Shown: positions 21,110 through 30,839 of the stretch, piece after piece | Layout: every line of letters starts with the position of its first letter | Numbering within the stretch: position 1 is the first letter of the stretch | DNA from: Fimbriimonadia bacterium | Lineage (GTDB): Bacteria > Armatimonadota > Fimbriimonadia > Fimbriimonadales > JABRVX01 | Direction of reading: 5' to 3' | NCBI GenBank assembly: GCA_041483895.1 | Contig: JBGPGO010000006.1 | Span: forward strand, 159,198 to 223,197 | DNA: 64,000 nt | Translations under genes and position numbers: made by a program | The notes under the pieces: generated by a model | Database searches by the model: none | The model's input: only the letters and a program-made list of their open reading frames with translations | Told to the model about the DNA's origin: nothing

Positions 21110-21902
21110 GCGCAACACGGTTGGCGCCGAGCTGACCTGGAGCGGAGTCGGCGTCCACACCGGTCAACCCTGCTCCGTATGCGTCCGTCCTTGGCGGCAG
21201 GGTCTCGCTCTTCGCATCGGACCGGACAGAATTCCTATTACCCCCGAATTGGCCTGTGAAGACTTCCGATGTACGGGCCTGGAGGCCAATGGAGTGCGCA
21301 TCAAAACCGTCGAGCATCTGCTGGCCGCGCTCAACGGGCTGGGGGTCACCGACGCGGAGATTGAGGTCGAGGGACCGGAGCTGCCGATCTTGGATGGCAG
21401 CGCCTACCCCTACGCCGAACAGATTTGGGATCGTGGGCTGGAGCCTCTTCCCTCCACCGACAGACCGCCGGCAGCTCCATTTTCGCTGATAAAGAGTGAT
21501 TCGCGAATCAATGTGGCGGCAGGATTTGGATTCCTCTCCGTTTCTATCAACTTCGAGAATCCGGCGATCGGGGATCAGAACCTTATGCTGGAGCTTACTC
21601 CAGAGCGATTCATGAAGGAGATTGCGCCTGCGCGGACGTTTGGTTTCATGGAAGAGGCGGAGCGTCTGCGAGCCGCAGGGTTTGCCCAAGGAGCAACTTT
21701 GGAGAACACCGTGGTATTCTCCGTGGACGGTCCGATGGGAGTCCTTCGGTTCCCCGATGAGCCGGTCCGTCACAAGATGCTGGACCTCATCGGCGATCTT
21801 GTACTTTCCGGACGAAGCATATACGAGTTGGACGTTGGGGCCGAGCGCCCCGGACATGCAATCAATACCGATGCCGCGCGGCGTCTTTTTATAGGAGGGT
21901 AG
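21102..21902 (+). CDS. lpxC: UDP-3-O-acyl-N-acetylglucosamine deacetylase
   Basis: GVGVHTG, TVEHLLAAL, PILDGSA, ARTFGF, RHKMLDLIGD. Confidence 0.95.
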   Translation: MVERNTVGAELTWSGVGVHTGQPCSVCVRPWRQGLALRIGPDRIPITPELACEDFRCTGLEANGVRIKTVEHLLAALNGLGVTDAEIEVEGPELPILDGSAYPYAEQIWDRGLEPLPSTDRPPAAPFSLIKSDSRINVAAGFGFLSVSINFENPAIGDQNLMLELTPERFMKEIAPARTFGFMEEAERLRAAGFAQGATLENTVVFSVDGPMGVLRFPDEPVRHKMLDLIGDLVLSGRSIYELDVGAERPGHAINTDAARRLFIGG

Positions 21903-21905
21903 GGC

Positions 21906-22367
21906 TTGAAAACCGATTTCGCGATGGATGTGGAACAGCTCCAGCGCGTCCTTCCGCACCGCTACCCATTCTTGTTGGTGGATAGAGTCCTGGAGGTCGA
22001 GCCGGGGAAACGGGCGGTCGGCCTCAAGAATGTGACGATCAACGAGCAGTTCTTCAATGGGCACTTCCCCGGCCAACCGATTATGCCGGGCGTGTTGGTG
22101 TTGGAAGCGATGGCGCAAGCGGGGGCCGTCATCATGCTATCCCTGCCGGAGCAGAGCAGAAAGATAGCCTTGATCATTGGGTTTGAGAATGTTCGATTTC
22201 GCAAGCAGGTTATCCCTGGCGATACGCTGATCACAGAGGTGAACCTGCTTTGGTTCAAACGCAACATCGGCAAGATCTCCATGCAAGGACGCGTCAATGG
22301 CGAGATCGCCGCCGAGGGAGAGCTTTCCTTCGCACTCACCGAGCGCCGAAACGAGGACGGAATCTGA
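21906..22367 (+). CDS. fabZ: 3-hydroxyacyl-ACP dehydratase
   Basis: LPHRYPFLLVD and FFNGHFPGQPIMPGVLVLEAMAQ. Confidence 0.97.
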   Translation: MKTDFAMDVEQLQRVLPHRYPFLLVDRVLEVEPGKRAVGLKNVTINEQFFNGHFPGQPIMPGVLVLEAMAQAGAVIMLSLPEQSRKIALIIGFENVRFRKQVIPGDTLITEVNLLWFKRNIGKISMQGRVNGEIAAEGELSFALTERRNEDGI

Positions 22368-23156
22368 TTGGCTGAAATCCATCCGACCGCCATCGTGGAT
22401 TCAAAGGCCGATCTGGACGCTGATGTCCGGATCGGCCCGTTCTGCGTTGTCGAGGAGGATGTGGTGCTTGGGGCGGGCACGTCGCTTGGGCCCGGGGTGC
22501 ATATTTGCCGGTGGACTCGGTTGGGAAAGAACAACGTGGTTCATCAAGGTTCGATTCTCGGCGGGCCGCCGCAAGACAGAAAGTACAGCGGCGAGCGCAG
22601 CTTCTTGGAGATCGGGGACGACAACGTGTTCCGGGAGTTCGTTTCCCTGCACCGGGGCTCGGGCGAGGACACGAAGACCACAATCGGCGATGACAACTAT
22701 CTGATGGCCTATTGCCATGTTGGGCACAACTGCGCGATCGGCAACCAGGTGACGATGGCGAACGGGGTCGGTGTGTCTGGGCATGTTTCGATTGAGGACA
22801 TGGCAAACATTGGCGGCCTTACCGGCATCCATCAATTCGTGCGCATCGGCAAGGTGACGATGATCGGGGGAATGTCTCGGATTGTTAAAGACGTTCCGCC
22901 GTTTATGCTGATGGAGGGGAATCCGGCGGAGGTAAGGGACATCAACGCCGTGGGCCTGCGGCGTATTGGGGTAACGAAGGAGGCCCGCATGGCGCTGCAT
23001 AAGGCGTGCAAGCTGCTTTTTCGATCTTCCATGGGAATGACCCACGCGGTCCAGACGGTAAAGCGCGAGGTGCAGATGTGCGATGAGGTGGAGTATCTGC
23101 TGAAGTTCGTCGCGGGCACCTTGAAGGGTCGGTTCGGCCGCCAAGAACAGGCGTGA
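22368..23156 (+). CDS. lpxA: Acyl-ACP-UDP-N-acetylglucosamine O-acyltransferase
   Basis: IHPTAIV, PQDRKY, MAYCHVGHNC, IHQFVRIG, KDVPPF. Confidence 0.96.
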   Translation: MAEIHPTAIVDSKADLDADVRIGPFCVVEEDVVLGAGTSLGPGVHICRWTRLGKNNVVHQGSILGGPPQDRKYSGERSFLEIGDDNVFREFVSLHRGSGEDTKTTIGDDNYLMAYCHVGHNCAIGNQVTMANGVGVSGHVSIEDMANIGGLTGIHQFVRIGKVTMIGGMSRIVKDVPPFMLMEGNPAEVRDINAVGLRRIGVTKEARMALHKACKLLFRSSMGMTHAVQTVKREVQMCDEVEYLLKFVAGTLKGRFGRQEQA

Positions 23157-24283
23157 ACCGGCCGCTGATCTGGATCTCCGCCGGCGAGGCGTCGGGGGAT
23201 TTAGTGGGTTCTCTTTTGGTCCCCGAGCTGCGGAAGCTGCTTCCCTCATGCCGGATTGAGGCGGTTGGCGGCGCAAAATTGTACAGCGTTTGCGATGAAA
23301 TGTTGGACATTTCTACCGATTGGGGAGCTATCGGCATTGCGCGATCTCTCCCCAAGGTTCCTCGCCTGTATTTCTCTTATGTCATGCTCAGGGATCGGGC
23401 CCGGCATACAAAACCGGACCTTGTCATTCCGATCGACTTCGGGGCATTCAACGTACCGCTTGCGCGACGGGTGCGGCGGATCGGGTCCAAAGTTCTGTAC
23501 TATATGCCGCCGGGATCGTGGAGGAAAGACAAGCAGGGGTCGGACCTGCCTGCGGTTGCGGACCGGATAGCCACGCCATTTGCCTGGTCTGCCGACCTAC
23601 TGAGCAAGATGGGCGCGAACGCCGCTTGGGTCGGCCATCCGCTCCTAGATTTGTTCAAAGGCGTGACGTTCGGTCCAAGAAATTCGGTTGTCGCCGTGCT
23701 GCCCGGGAGCCGCGATCATGAGGTGCGGTCGAATCTGCCGACGATCGCCAAGGCCTGCCGCTTGCTTCAATCCTCCACTGATGCCGTTCGGTTTACAATT
23801 TTGCGAAGCCCGACGGTAGACGAGGAGTCTCTCCGACGCGACTGGAGCCAATGCGCCAACATGCCGGCAGACATCGCGGACGGCCCCAATCCCGAAATCC
23901 TGGCAAGGGCCCGGGCGGCGATCATCTGCTCCGGCTCCGCCACACTGGAGGCTGCAATTGCCGGATGCCCGATGGTTGTCGTCTACAAAGGCGACTGGAA
24001 CATGCAGCTTGAGTATAAGATCAGACAGCCAAAGTTCGACTTTATCGCCTTACCCTCCATTTTGCTTGGCCGCCAGGTGTGCACCGAGCTGATCCAAGAA
24101 GCGGCCGCGCCGGAGCGCATCGCGCAAGAAGTGCTCGCCGTCTACCAAGACGGCGGCCCACGATACATCCAACGAAAGGACCTGGAGGCGGTGGTCGAGC
24201 AACTCGGATCGCCGGGCGCATCGGAGCGGACGGCGCAATTGGCCCTGGAACTTTTGTCGGGTCGGCGGGCGGAAGGTTGCTAG
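23153..24283 (+). CDS. lpxB: Lipid-A-disaccharide synthase
   Basis: AGEASGD, VGHPL, LPGSR and SGSATLE motifs. Confidence 0.93.
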   Translation: MNRPLIWISAGEASGDLVGSLLVPELRKLLPSCRIEAVGGAKLYSVCDEMLDISTDWGAIGIARSLPKVPRLYFSYVMLRDRARHTKPDLVIPIDFGAFNVPLARRVRRIGSKVLYYMPPGSWRKDKQGSDLPAVADRIATPFAWSADLLSKMGANAAWVGHPLLDLFKGVTFGPRNSVVAVLPGSRDHEVRSNLPTIAKACRLLQSSTDAVRFTILRSPTVDEESLRRDWSQCANMPADIADGPNPEILARARAAIICSGSATLEAAIAGCPMVVVYKGDWNMQLEYKIRQPKFDFIALPSILLGRQVCTELIQEAAAPERIAQEVLAVYQDGGPRYIQRKDLEAVVEQLGSPGASERTAQLALELLSGRRAEGC

Positions 24284-24313
24284 TTCCCTGCCCTGTATGC
24301 TACGGTGTAGTCC

Positions 24314-26056
24314 ATGCCAACGGTTGAACGCCGCGTTGTCAGGCTGGTAAAGGGGGAGTGGAAGGCCCTCACGATCGGCCTTTTGTGCACCGTTGGGGTT
24401 GCGGGCGTCGAATTCGCGATCGCCAAGCTGATCCAGTATTTCGTTGATTTGGCCACACACAAAGACCTAGCGGGGCTGGACCGATTGATGGCCGTGGTGT
24501 TCCTTGTGGCCGCATGCCGCTATTTCCTCACCAGCGGGCAGCTCTATTACATGGTTCTGGCCGGCCAGAACATGAGCCGAAAGCTCCGCCAACAGATATT
24601 CCGCCACATGCAGCATTTGCCGCTCTCGTTCTTCCAATCCAAGCAGTCCGGTGCGCTGCAGAGCACGATTACCATCGATGTTAACCTGGTTGAGAACAGC
24701 ACAAAGCTGGCGCGCGACCTGATTAGCGAACCGGTCAAGGTGATCGGCGGCCTGATCTATATCTTCGTTCTCAACTGGCGCCTCGCATCGGTTGCGCTGC
24801 TCGCGATGCCGTTTATGCTGTACGTCATCATCCGGCGCGGGCGCAAGATTCGCAGGATTACACAGGATCTGCAGGACCGGTATGGCAGCTTCGTTTCCGT
24901 GTTGGAAGAGGCGCTGCGCGGCATACGGATCATCAAAGCGTTCGGCATGGAAAAGTATGAGATCGCCCGGTTTGAAGAGCAAAACAATGCCGCATTTCGA
25001 ACCAGCATGCACGTGCAAAAGAAGATCGCGAGCATCAAGCCGCTGGTAGAACTGCTCGGGACGGTGGGAATTGCCGCGGTGTTGTGGATCGGCGGTCGCG
25101 ATGTGGCTCGGGGAGCGATGAGCGGCGGCGAGCTGATGGGATTTCTGTATGTTGTGCATATGATGGTGACTGCGGCCAGCGGCGTGGGACAGATGAACGC
25201 AACGCGGAGCCAGGTGCTGGCGGCGGCCGAACGGATCTATCGCGAAGTGCTCGATGTGGTGAGCGATTTGACGGACAAACCGGATGCCCCGCCGTTGCCG
25301 CCGCTCGTGGGCCACATCGAATTCCGGAACGTGACCTTCCGCTATCCCGACGGCACCGAGGCCCTCTCCGATGTGTCTTTTACCATCCAACCGGGCGAAT
25401 CCATTGCGGTAGTTGGGGAAAGCGGCGCGGGCAAGAGCACGATGGCGGACCTGCTGCTGCGATTCTATGACCCAATCGCCGGGCAAGTATTGATTGATGG
25501 ATTTGATTTGCGCGATGTCACGCAGGGATCTATACGCAATCAGATCGGCGTAGTGCCGCAAACCACGCTTCTGTTCTCGGGCAGCATCCGCGAAAACATC
25601 CGATACGGCAAGCCGGACGCGACGGAAGAGGAGATCGACGCCGCGGTTTCGGCGGCCCATCTCACACGATTCGTGGAGCGGCGCGAAGACGGGCTGGATT
25701 CGGCGCTCGGCGGCCGGGCCGATGGGCTTTCCGGCGGCGAAGGGCAACGAGTGGCCATCGCACGGGCGCTCATCCGCAAGCCAGCGATTCTTCTTTTGGA
25801 TGAGGCGACTTCCGCGCTCGATTCGGTATCCGAACGGTCTGTGCAAGAGGCCGTGGAAGAGAATAAGAATCAGCGGACCGTTGTTCTCATCGCCCACCGG
25901 CTCAGCACGGCGGCGCGGGCGGATCGGGTCTTGGTGTTCCATCGCGGGCGGCTGGTGGAGCAGGGCACGCACACGGAGCTGCTTGCCTTGGACGGCGAAT
26001 ACACCCGTCTCTACCGCGCCTATTCCCATGGCATTGTGGATATGGCGGTTTCCTAA
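24314..26056 (+). CDS. msbA: ABC exporter, fused TMD-NBD, MsbA-like
   Basis: Six-TM domain, GESGAGKST Walker A, LSGGEGQR signature, LLLDEATS. Follows lpxB. Confidence 0.8.
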   Translation: MPTVERRVVRLVKGEWKALTIGLLCTVGVAGVEFAIAKLIQYFVDLATHKDLAGLDRLMAVVFLVAACRYFLTSGQLYYMVLAGQNMSRKLRQQIFRHMQHLPLSFFQSKQSGALQSTITIDVNLVENSTKLARDLISEPVKVIGGLIYIFVLNWRLASVALLAMPFMLYVIIRRGRKIRRITQDLQDRYGSFVSVLEEALRGIRIIKAFGMEKYEIARFEEQNNAAFRTSMHVQKKIASIKPLVELLGTVGIAAVLWIGGRDVARGAMSGGELMGFLYVVHMMVTAASGVGQMNATRSQVLAAAERIYREVLDVVSDLTDKPDAPPLPPLVGHIEFRNVTFRYPDGTEALSDVSFTIQPGESIAVVGESGAGKSTMADLLLRFYDPIAGQVLIDGFDLRDVTQGSIRNQIGVVPQTTLLFSGSIRENIRYGKPDATEEEIDAAVSAAHLTRFVERREDGLDSALGGRADGLSGGEGQRVAIARALIRKPAILLLDEATSALDSVSERSVQEAVEENKNQRTVVLIAHRLSTAARADRVLVFHRGRLVEQGTHTELLALDGEYTRLYRAYSHGIVDMAVS

Positions 26057-26059
26057 AAG

Positions 26060-26228
26060 TGTCATTCCGCTTAATTTTGTCATTCCGAGCTTGTCGAGGA
26101 ATCCCTTTCAGAACCTCTCGAATTTCACCAGCGTTGCTAGTCTCCAGGAAGTTCAGAAAGGGATTCCTCGACAAGCTCGGAATGACAGCAGAGCAAAAAG
26201 AGGGATTCCTCGACAAGCTCGGAATGAC
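26060..26228. repeat. Palindromic repeat family C (GTCATTCCGAGCTTGTCGAGGAATCCC)
   Basis: Direct copy at 26078-26108, inverted copies at 26157-26187 and 26201-26228, partial at 26060-26069. Confidence 0.9.
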
Positions 26229-26246
26229 GACGCTTAGGACGGGGAA

Positions 26247-26999
26247 TTGCTAGTCGCAGAAGATTTAACATGTGGTTATGGCGCGCGGGCCGTGCTTTCC
26301 AACGCGACGTTTTCCCTCCCCGGTGGCGAGCTGGTCGCGCTAGTGGGTCCGAACGGAATCGGCAAGTCAACGTTGCTCAAGACGCTGACAGGCTATCTAT
26401 CGCCTTTGTCCGGCAACGTGACATTGGACGATGCCGATATCGCAAAAATGCCGCCGGGTGAGCGCGCCAAACGAATCGCGTACGTCCCACAATCCGAGCC
26501 GCCTGTCTTCGATTTTCTGGTGAAGGATGTGGTGGCGATGGGCCGCACGCCGCACGGTGACGAGGCCGCGTCGGGTGAGAAAATCGAAACGGCGATGGCG
26601 GCAATGGAACTGTTGGATCTGCGCGACCGGCCCATCACGCAGATCAGCGGCGGGGAATTGCAGCGAACTTTGATCGCGCGCGCGCTGGTCCAGGAAACGC
26701 CTCATCTGTTGCTAGACGAGCCGACCTCCCACCTCGATCTAGGGCACCAGGCATCGGTCATGTCTCGTCTGCGCGATCTCGTCGGCGCGGGGAAATCGGC
26801 GCTCTGCGTCACGCAGGATTTGAATTTGGCCGCGGAGTTCGCCGATCGGGTGATTTTTGTTTCGCGCGATGGATTCGCTGTCGGCTCGCCGTCGAAAATC
26901 CTGACCGAAGATCGATTGCGTCATGAGTATGGGACCAGCGTTTCGGTCAGTCAATCTCTAACGGGACGGCCATCCGTGCGAGTTGAAAGGGACGCTTAG
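26247..26999 (+). CDS. ABC importer ATP-binding subunit, iron-chelate/cobalamin (FecE/BtuD) type
   Basis: GPNGIGKST, ISGGELQR, LLLDEPTSHLDL. Confidence 0.85.
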   Translation: MLVAEDLTCGYGARAVLSNATFSLPGGELVALVGPNGIGKSTLLKTLTGYLSPLSGNVTLDDADIAKMPPGERAKRIAYVPQSEPPVFDFLVKDVVAMGRTPHGDEAASGEKIETAMAAMELLDLRDRPITQISGGELQRTLIARALVQETPHLLLDEPTSHLDLGHQASVMSRLRDLVGAGKSALCVTQDLNLAAEFADRVIFVSRDGFAVGSPSKILTEDRLRHEYGTSVSVSQSLTGRPSVRVERDA

Positions 27000-28108
27000 A
27001 CAGGCACCGCCGAGTGACAGAACTCGACCACCCGCGACGCCGCGAAACGTACTTGTTCTTTCGATAACTGCGCATGGACCGGCAACGACAGCACCTCGCG
27101 CGAGGCCTGCTCCGCGACCGGGAAATCGCCCGGTTTGTGGCCCAGATCGGCGTACGCATCCTGCAGGTGCAAACACTCCGGATAGTAGATCCCGGAATCG
27201 ATTTCGCGCTCCTTGAGGAATGTCTTCAGAGCATCGCGACGAGGGTGGCGAATCGTAAACTGGTGATAGGTGTGCACGTTGCCGGAAAGAGTCTTCGGCA
27301 GCACAGTCTCCGTGCCGGCAAGCGCCTCACAATAGATCGAAGCGTTTTGCCGCCGCCGCTCATTCCATTCCTCCAGCTTGCGCAATTTCACTCGCAGAAC
27401 CGCCGCCTGAATCTCATCCAACCGACTCGCGTATCCCACTTTTCGATACAGATAGTCGCCGGTGGGCATCCCGTGCATGCGAAGACTCAAGCAGTCCTGA
27501 TACAGCGACTCGTCATCCGTTAAAATCATGCCGCCATCGCCCAGTGCGCCGAGATTCTTGGTCGGGAAAAAACTCAGAATCGCCGCTTTGCCGAACTGCC
27601 CCGCGCATTTGCCGTTACGGGACGATCTTATTGATTGCGCGCCGTCTTCCACGATCGGGATGTCGCCCGCCGCCGCGCAAGCGGCTTCCATCTCGGCCAG
27701 TTGGCCAAACAGATGCACCGGCACGATTGCTTTCGTTTTCGGGGAAATCGCGGATTTCAATTGGCTCGAATCCATATTAAAGGTGTCCCGATCGATATCC
27801 ACGAATACCGTCCGCGCTCCAAGCTGCTGCACGACTTCCACTGTCGCGACAAACGTGAACGGAACCGTAATCACTTCGGTCCCCGGTCCGACGCCGAGCG
27901 CTTCCAAGGCGATCTTCAGCGCGTCCGTCCCACTTGCCACACCGGCCGCAAATCGCACGCCGTTTTGCCGCGCCAATTCCTCTTCCAGCGCCTTTCCGTG
28001 CGGCCCCAGAATGTAGCGCCCGGAAGCGCCAACGTCCAGCAAAGCGGCGTCCAACTCATCCTTGATCTCCGCGTACTGTGCGGCCAAATCCGCAATCGGT
28101 ACCCTCAT
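26996..28108 (-). CDS. DegT/DnrJ/EryC1/StrS PLP-dependent sugar aminotransferase
   Basis: SGTDAL, PVHLFGQ, EDGAQS, SFFPTKNLGALGDGG, SRLDEIQAA. ATG at 28108 overlaps the upstream stop. Confidence 0.93.
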   Translation of the reverse strand: MRVPIADLAAQYAEIKDELDAALLDVGASGRYILGPHGKALEEELARQNGVRFAAGVASGTDALKIALEALGVGPGTEVITVPFTFVATVEVVQQLGARTVFVDIDRDTFNMDSSQLKSAISPKTKAIVPVHLFGQLAEMEAACAAAGDIPIVEDGAQSIRSSRNGKCAGQFGKAAILSFFPTKNLGALGDGGMILTDDESLYQDCLSLRMHGMPTGDYLYRKVGYASRLDEIQAAVLRVKLRKLEEWNERRRQNASIYCEALAGTETVLPKTLSGNVHTYHQFTIRHPRRDALKTFLKEREIDSGIYYPECLHLQDAYADLGHKPGDFPVAEQASREVLSLPVHAQLSKEQVRFAASRVVEFCHSAVPV

Positions 28109-29157
28109 CGTATTCCCTCCCCTAACAAGCTGTAATCCTTTACGATGCTGCCCGCCCCCAGAACCACGTTCACCAGATGGCAGTGCGCGCCGATGCGGCA
28201 ATCGCGATCGATCAGGCACCCTTCCACGACGCAATCCGTTCCGACGTGAACGCCCGGCAGCAGGACGCTTGCTTTGACGCGCCCGGCGATAAAACAGTGT
28301 TCGCCGACCGCGCTATGATCTTGGACGGTCGCTCCCTCTTCTATGTGGCAGCCCGGCGCGATGACGCAGCCGTTGCGGGCCTCCCCCAAGGGCGGCACAG
28401 CGGTGTCCACTTCCCCGCTCAGGATCGCCCGGGTGGCGGAAAGAAGCTGCGCGGGCCGGCCCACATCCGTCCAATATCCGCCGGTGATGTAGCCGCGGAC
28501 CAGCGCGCCGGAGGAGATCAGGCCGGGGAAAAACTCGCGCTCGATGTTGCATCGGCGGTGCGGGATGCGTTCCGCCACCTCGCCCTTGAAGACGTAGAAA
28601 CCGGCGTTGATGTTGTCCGTCCCTTCCTGCTTTTCGCCCCGGTCGGCGGCTCTCTTTTGCTCCTGCGTCGGCTCTTGGAACGAGAGAACGTGCCGTTGGT
28701 CATCGGTTGGCACGACGCCGTACGGATGCGGGCGATGGACGGTGTAGAGTGTCAGGGTGGCATCGGCGCCGGATTGCTCATGGTCCTCGATGATGGCGTG
28801 GATGTCGAAATCGTGCAGGGTGTCGCCGTTGAACACCACGCAGTTCTTGGTGGACAGGCCTTCGATGGCGTTTCGCACCGCGCCGCCCGTGTCCATCGGC
28901 TCGTCCTCGACCTTATAGATCATGTGCACCCCAAACCGGGAGCCGTCGCCGAAATGAGCCTCGATCTGGTCGGCCATGTAGTTGGTGGCGAACACGATCT
29001 CTCGAATGCCCGCCGCCCGGAGCTGCCCGACCTGATATTCCAGAAATGCCCGGTTGCATAGCGGCATCAACGGCTTGGGTCGTGTGAGGGTCAGCGGCCG
29101 CAGCCGGGTGCCGAACCCTCCGGCGATGATCACTCCTCGATAGTCTTGGGCAGGCAT
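28105..29157 (-). CDS. NDP-sugar pyrophosphorylase (mannose-1-phosphate guanylyltransferase-like)
   Basis: AGGFGTRLRPLT..PKPL, DTGGA, INAGFY, WTDVG, C-terminal hexapeptide repeats. Confidence 0.9.
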   Translation of the reverse strand: MPAQDYRGVIIAGGFGTRLRPLTLTRPKPLMPLCNRAFLEYQVGQLRAAGIREIVFATNYMADQIEAHFGDGSRFGVHMIYKVEDEPMDTGGAVRNAIEGLSTKNCVVFNGDTLHDFDIHAIIEDHEQSGADATLTLYTVHRPHPYGVVPTDDQRHVLSFQEPTQEQKRAADRGEKQEGTDNINAGFYVFKGEVAERIPHRRCNIEREFFPGLISSGALVRGYITGGYWTDVGRPAQLLSATRAILSGEVDTAVPPLGEARNGCVIAPGCHIEEGATVQDHSAVGEHCFIAGRVKASVLLPGVHVGTDCVVEGCLIDRDCRIGAHCHLVNVVLGAGSIVKDYSLLGEGIR

Positions 29158-29182
29158 AGGGAATTGTAGCATGGGCAGCCCC

Positions 29183-29275
29183 GGTAGCCGCACGCTTTAG
29201 CTTGCGAAGAATTCGTCCGGTTCCCGCACGCTTTAGCTTGCGTTCCGATTGCGCAAGCTAAAGCGTGCGACTACC
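29183..29275. repeat. GTAG-class REP cluster (family B)
   Basis: GGTAGCCGCACGCTTTAGCTTGCG at 29183-29206, variant at 29219-29242, inverted copy at 29252-29275. Confidence 0.88.
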
Positions 29276-29297
29276 ATCTAACGAAATGGAAATGTAT

Positions 29298-30407
29298 CTA
29301 GTCGACCAGGATGTAACTTGTATTCTTGCTTCCACCGGAATTCCGTTTTAGGATGCCGCGATCGAGGAGGTCATTGATGTCCCGCTGCGCTGTCGCTGCG
29401 GAGCAATGGCCGATTCCGGCCCACTTTTTTGCGGTCAGATTTCCTTCAAAGCCTTCCAGATATCGGTTCAGAACTTTCTTTTGGCGCTCCGACAGCGGCT
29501 CGGCGGAGAATCGCTGCCAGAATTCCGCCTTCTTAACGACGGTTCCCATGATCTGCTCGGCCCCGTCGATCGCTCGTTCCAAACATCCGACGAACCAAAG
29601 CAGCCAGTCGGTAACGTCCAAATCTCCTTTTTGCGTGCTTTCCAGAACGTCGTAGTAGCGTTTTCGCTCCGCACGGATCTGATGCGACATGCTATAGAAT
29701 CGTTGGCTGGAACCTTCGGAGCGAGCCAGCGCTTGATCCGCGATTGCGCGCGCGATGCGGCCATTCCCGTCGTCGAAGGGATGGATTGCCACGAACCACA
29801 AATGCGCAAGTCCCGCGGTGACGACGCTCTTCTGATCCGATTCCTCGTTGAACCAATGGAGAAAGCGCTGCATTTCCGAGGTCAGCCTTGCTGCCGGCGG
29901 CGCCTCGAAATGCATCTTCTGCCGCCCAATCGGACCGGAGACCACCTGCATCGGGCCATGCGCATCATCGCGCCAAGCGCCTATCCTGATGCGGTGCATG
30001 CCGGAAAAACCTGTCGGAAACAGCGCCGCATGCCAGCCGAATAGTCGCTCGGCAGTCAACGGTTGACCATAGTTTTGGGTGGCGTCCAGCGTCATCTCCA
30101 CCACCCCCTCCGTACGCGCATCGGTCGGAATTTGAGCGACGCCGGGCATACCCAGACGGCGGGCGACGGAGGACCGCACGCTCGCTCGGTCCAGATGTTC
30201 TCCTTCGATCTCAGAGCTCTTGACTACATCTTCCGTCGTTGCTTCGAGCTGTGCTTCCTGGCGCAGATCGTAACCAAAGCGCTCCATTTTGCCAAGGAGA
30301 ACGCCCTGCTTGTAGCGCTCCGCTTCGACCGCCGCCAAGAGGGCGCCGCTATTCCAGCGAAACTGTGGCCAGTCCGGTCGCTCCCAAATGTACGGTATTC
30401 TCCTCAT
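29298..30407 (-). CDS. Fic family protein with N-terminal DUF4172 and C-terminal HTH
   Basis: YIWERPDWPQFRW start, SSEIEGE, HPFDDGNGRIAR Fic motif, TAQRDINDL HTH. Confidence 0.92.
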   Translation of the reverse strand: MRRIPYIWERPDWPQFRWNSGALLAAVEAERYKQGVLLGKMERFGYDLRQEAQLEATTEDVVKSSEIEGEHLDRASVRSSVARRLGMPGVAQIPTDARTEGVVEMTLDATQNYGQPLTAERLFGWHAALFPTGFSGMHRIRIGAWRDDAHGPMQVVSGPIGRQKMHFEAPPAARLTSEMQRFLHWFNEESDQKSVVTAGLAHLWFVAIHPFDDGNGRIARAIADQALARSEGSSQRFYSMSHQIRAERKRYYDVLESTQKGDLDVTDWLLWFVGCLERAIDGAEQIMGTVVKKAEFWQRFSAEPLSERQKKVLNRYLEGFEGNLTAKKWAGIGHCSAATAQRDINDLLDRGILKRNSGGSKNTSYILVD

Positions 30408-30573
30408 CTTTTGAGGAGAATACCCCACTATTCGCATCATTTGCCCGGCGCCTCGCCGCCAGAAAAGGTGGGTAATGCCCTCCTGACCAGACTATCGGTC
30501 CTGCCTCGACCGACTCGTTGCTCGGCAGCCACGATGCCTGCGGCGAGGACCTGCCGGAGAAGCAAGCATCCTT

Positions 30574-30742
30574 GTAGACGCGGGTCGGACTACCGATATC
30601 GTTTCGAAACGCCGAACCTAAGACCCGCGTGGGAGGTCCGGCATTGATGATTCGCACCGGTATTGCCTTTTCCACCGTGGTCAAACGCGGGCACTTGGGG
30701 TTGGCGGACAGCAGGGTATCGACATGCCGCCCCGCTCTACGA
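30574..30742. repeat. REPIN-like element (family F), second copy at 46240-46345
   Basis: GTAGACGCGGG ... CCCGCTCTAC inverted ends. Internal TTCCACCGTGGTCAAACGCGGGC is identical to 46272-46294. Confidence 0.65.
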
Positions 30743-30772
30743 TTGCTGCCGCTCGGACCCGCGCGTTCAGGG

Positions 30773-30796
30773 CGCAAGCTGAAGCGTGCGGCTACC
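30773..30796 (-). repeat. GTAG-class REP (family B), inverted copy
   Basis: CGCAAGCTGAAGCGTGCGGCTACC is the reverse complement of 29183-29206 with one mismatch. Confidence 0.88.
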
Positions 30797-30839
30797 GGAG
30801 TCCCCCGTTTCGTGAATTCACGATATAATAACAATCGAT

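Noticed and set aside
24467..26083. 538-aa minus-strand ORF
   Set aside because: Antisense shadow of the MsbA-like gene, with no motifs. Such shadows are typical of high-GC coding DNA.
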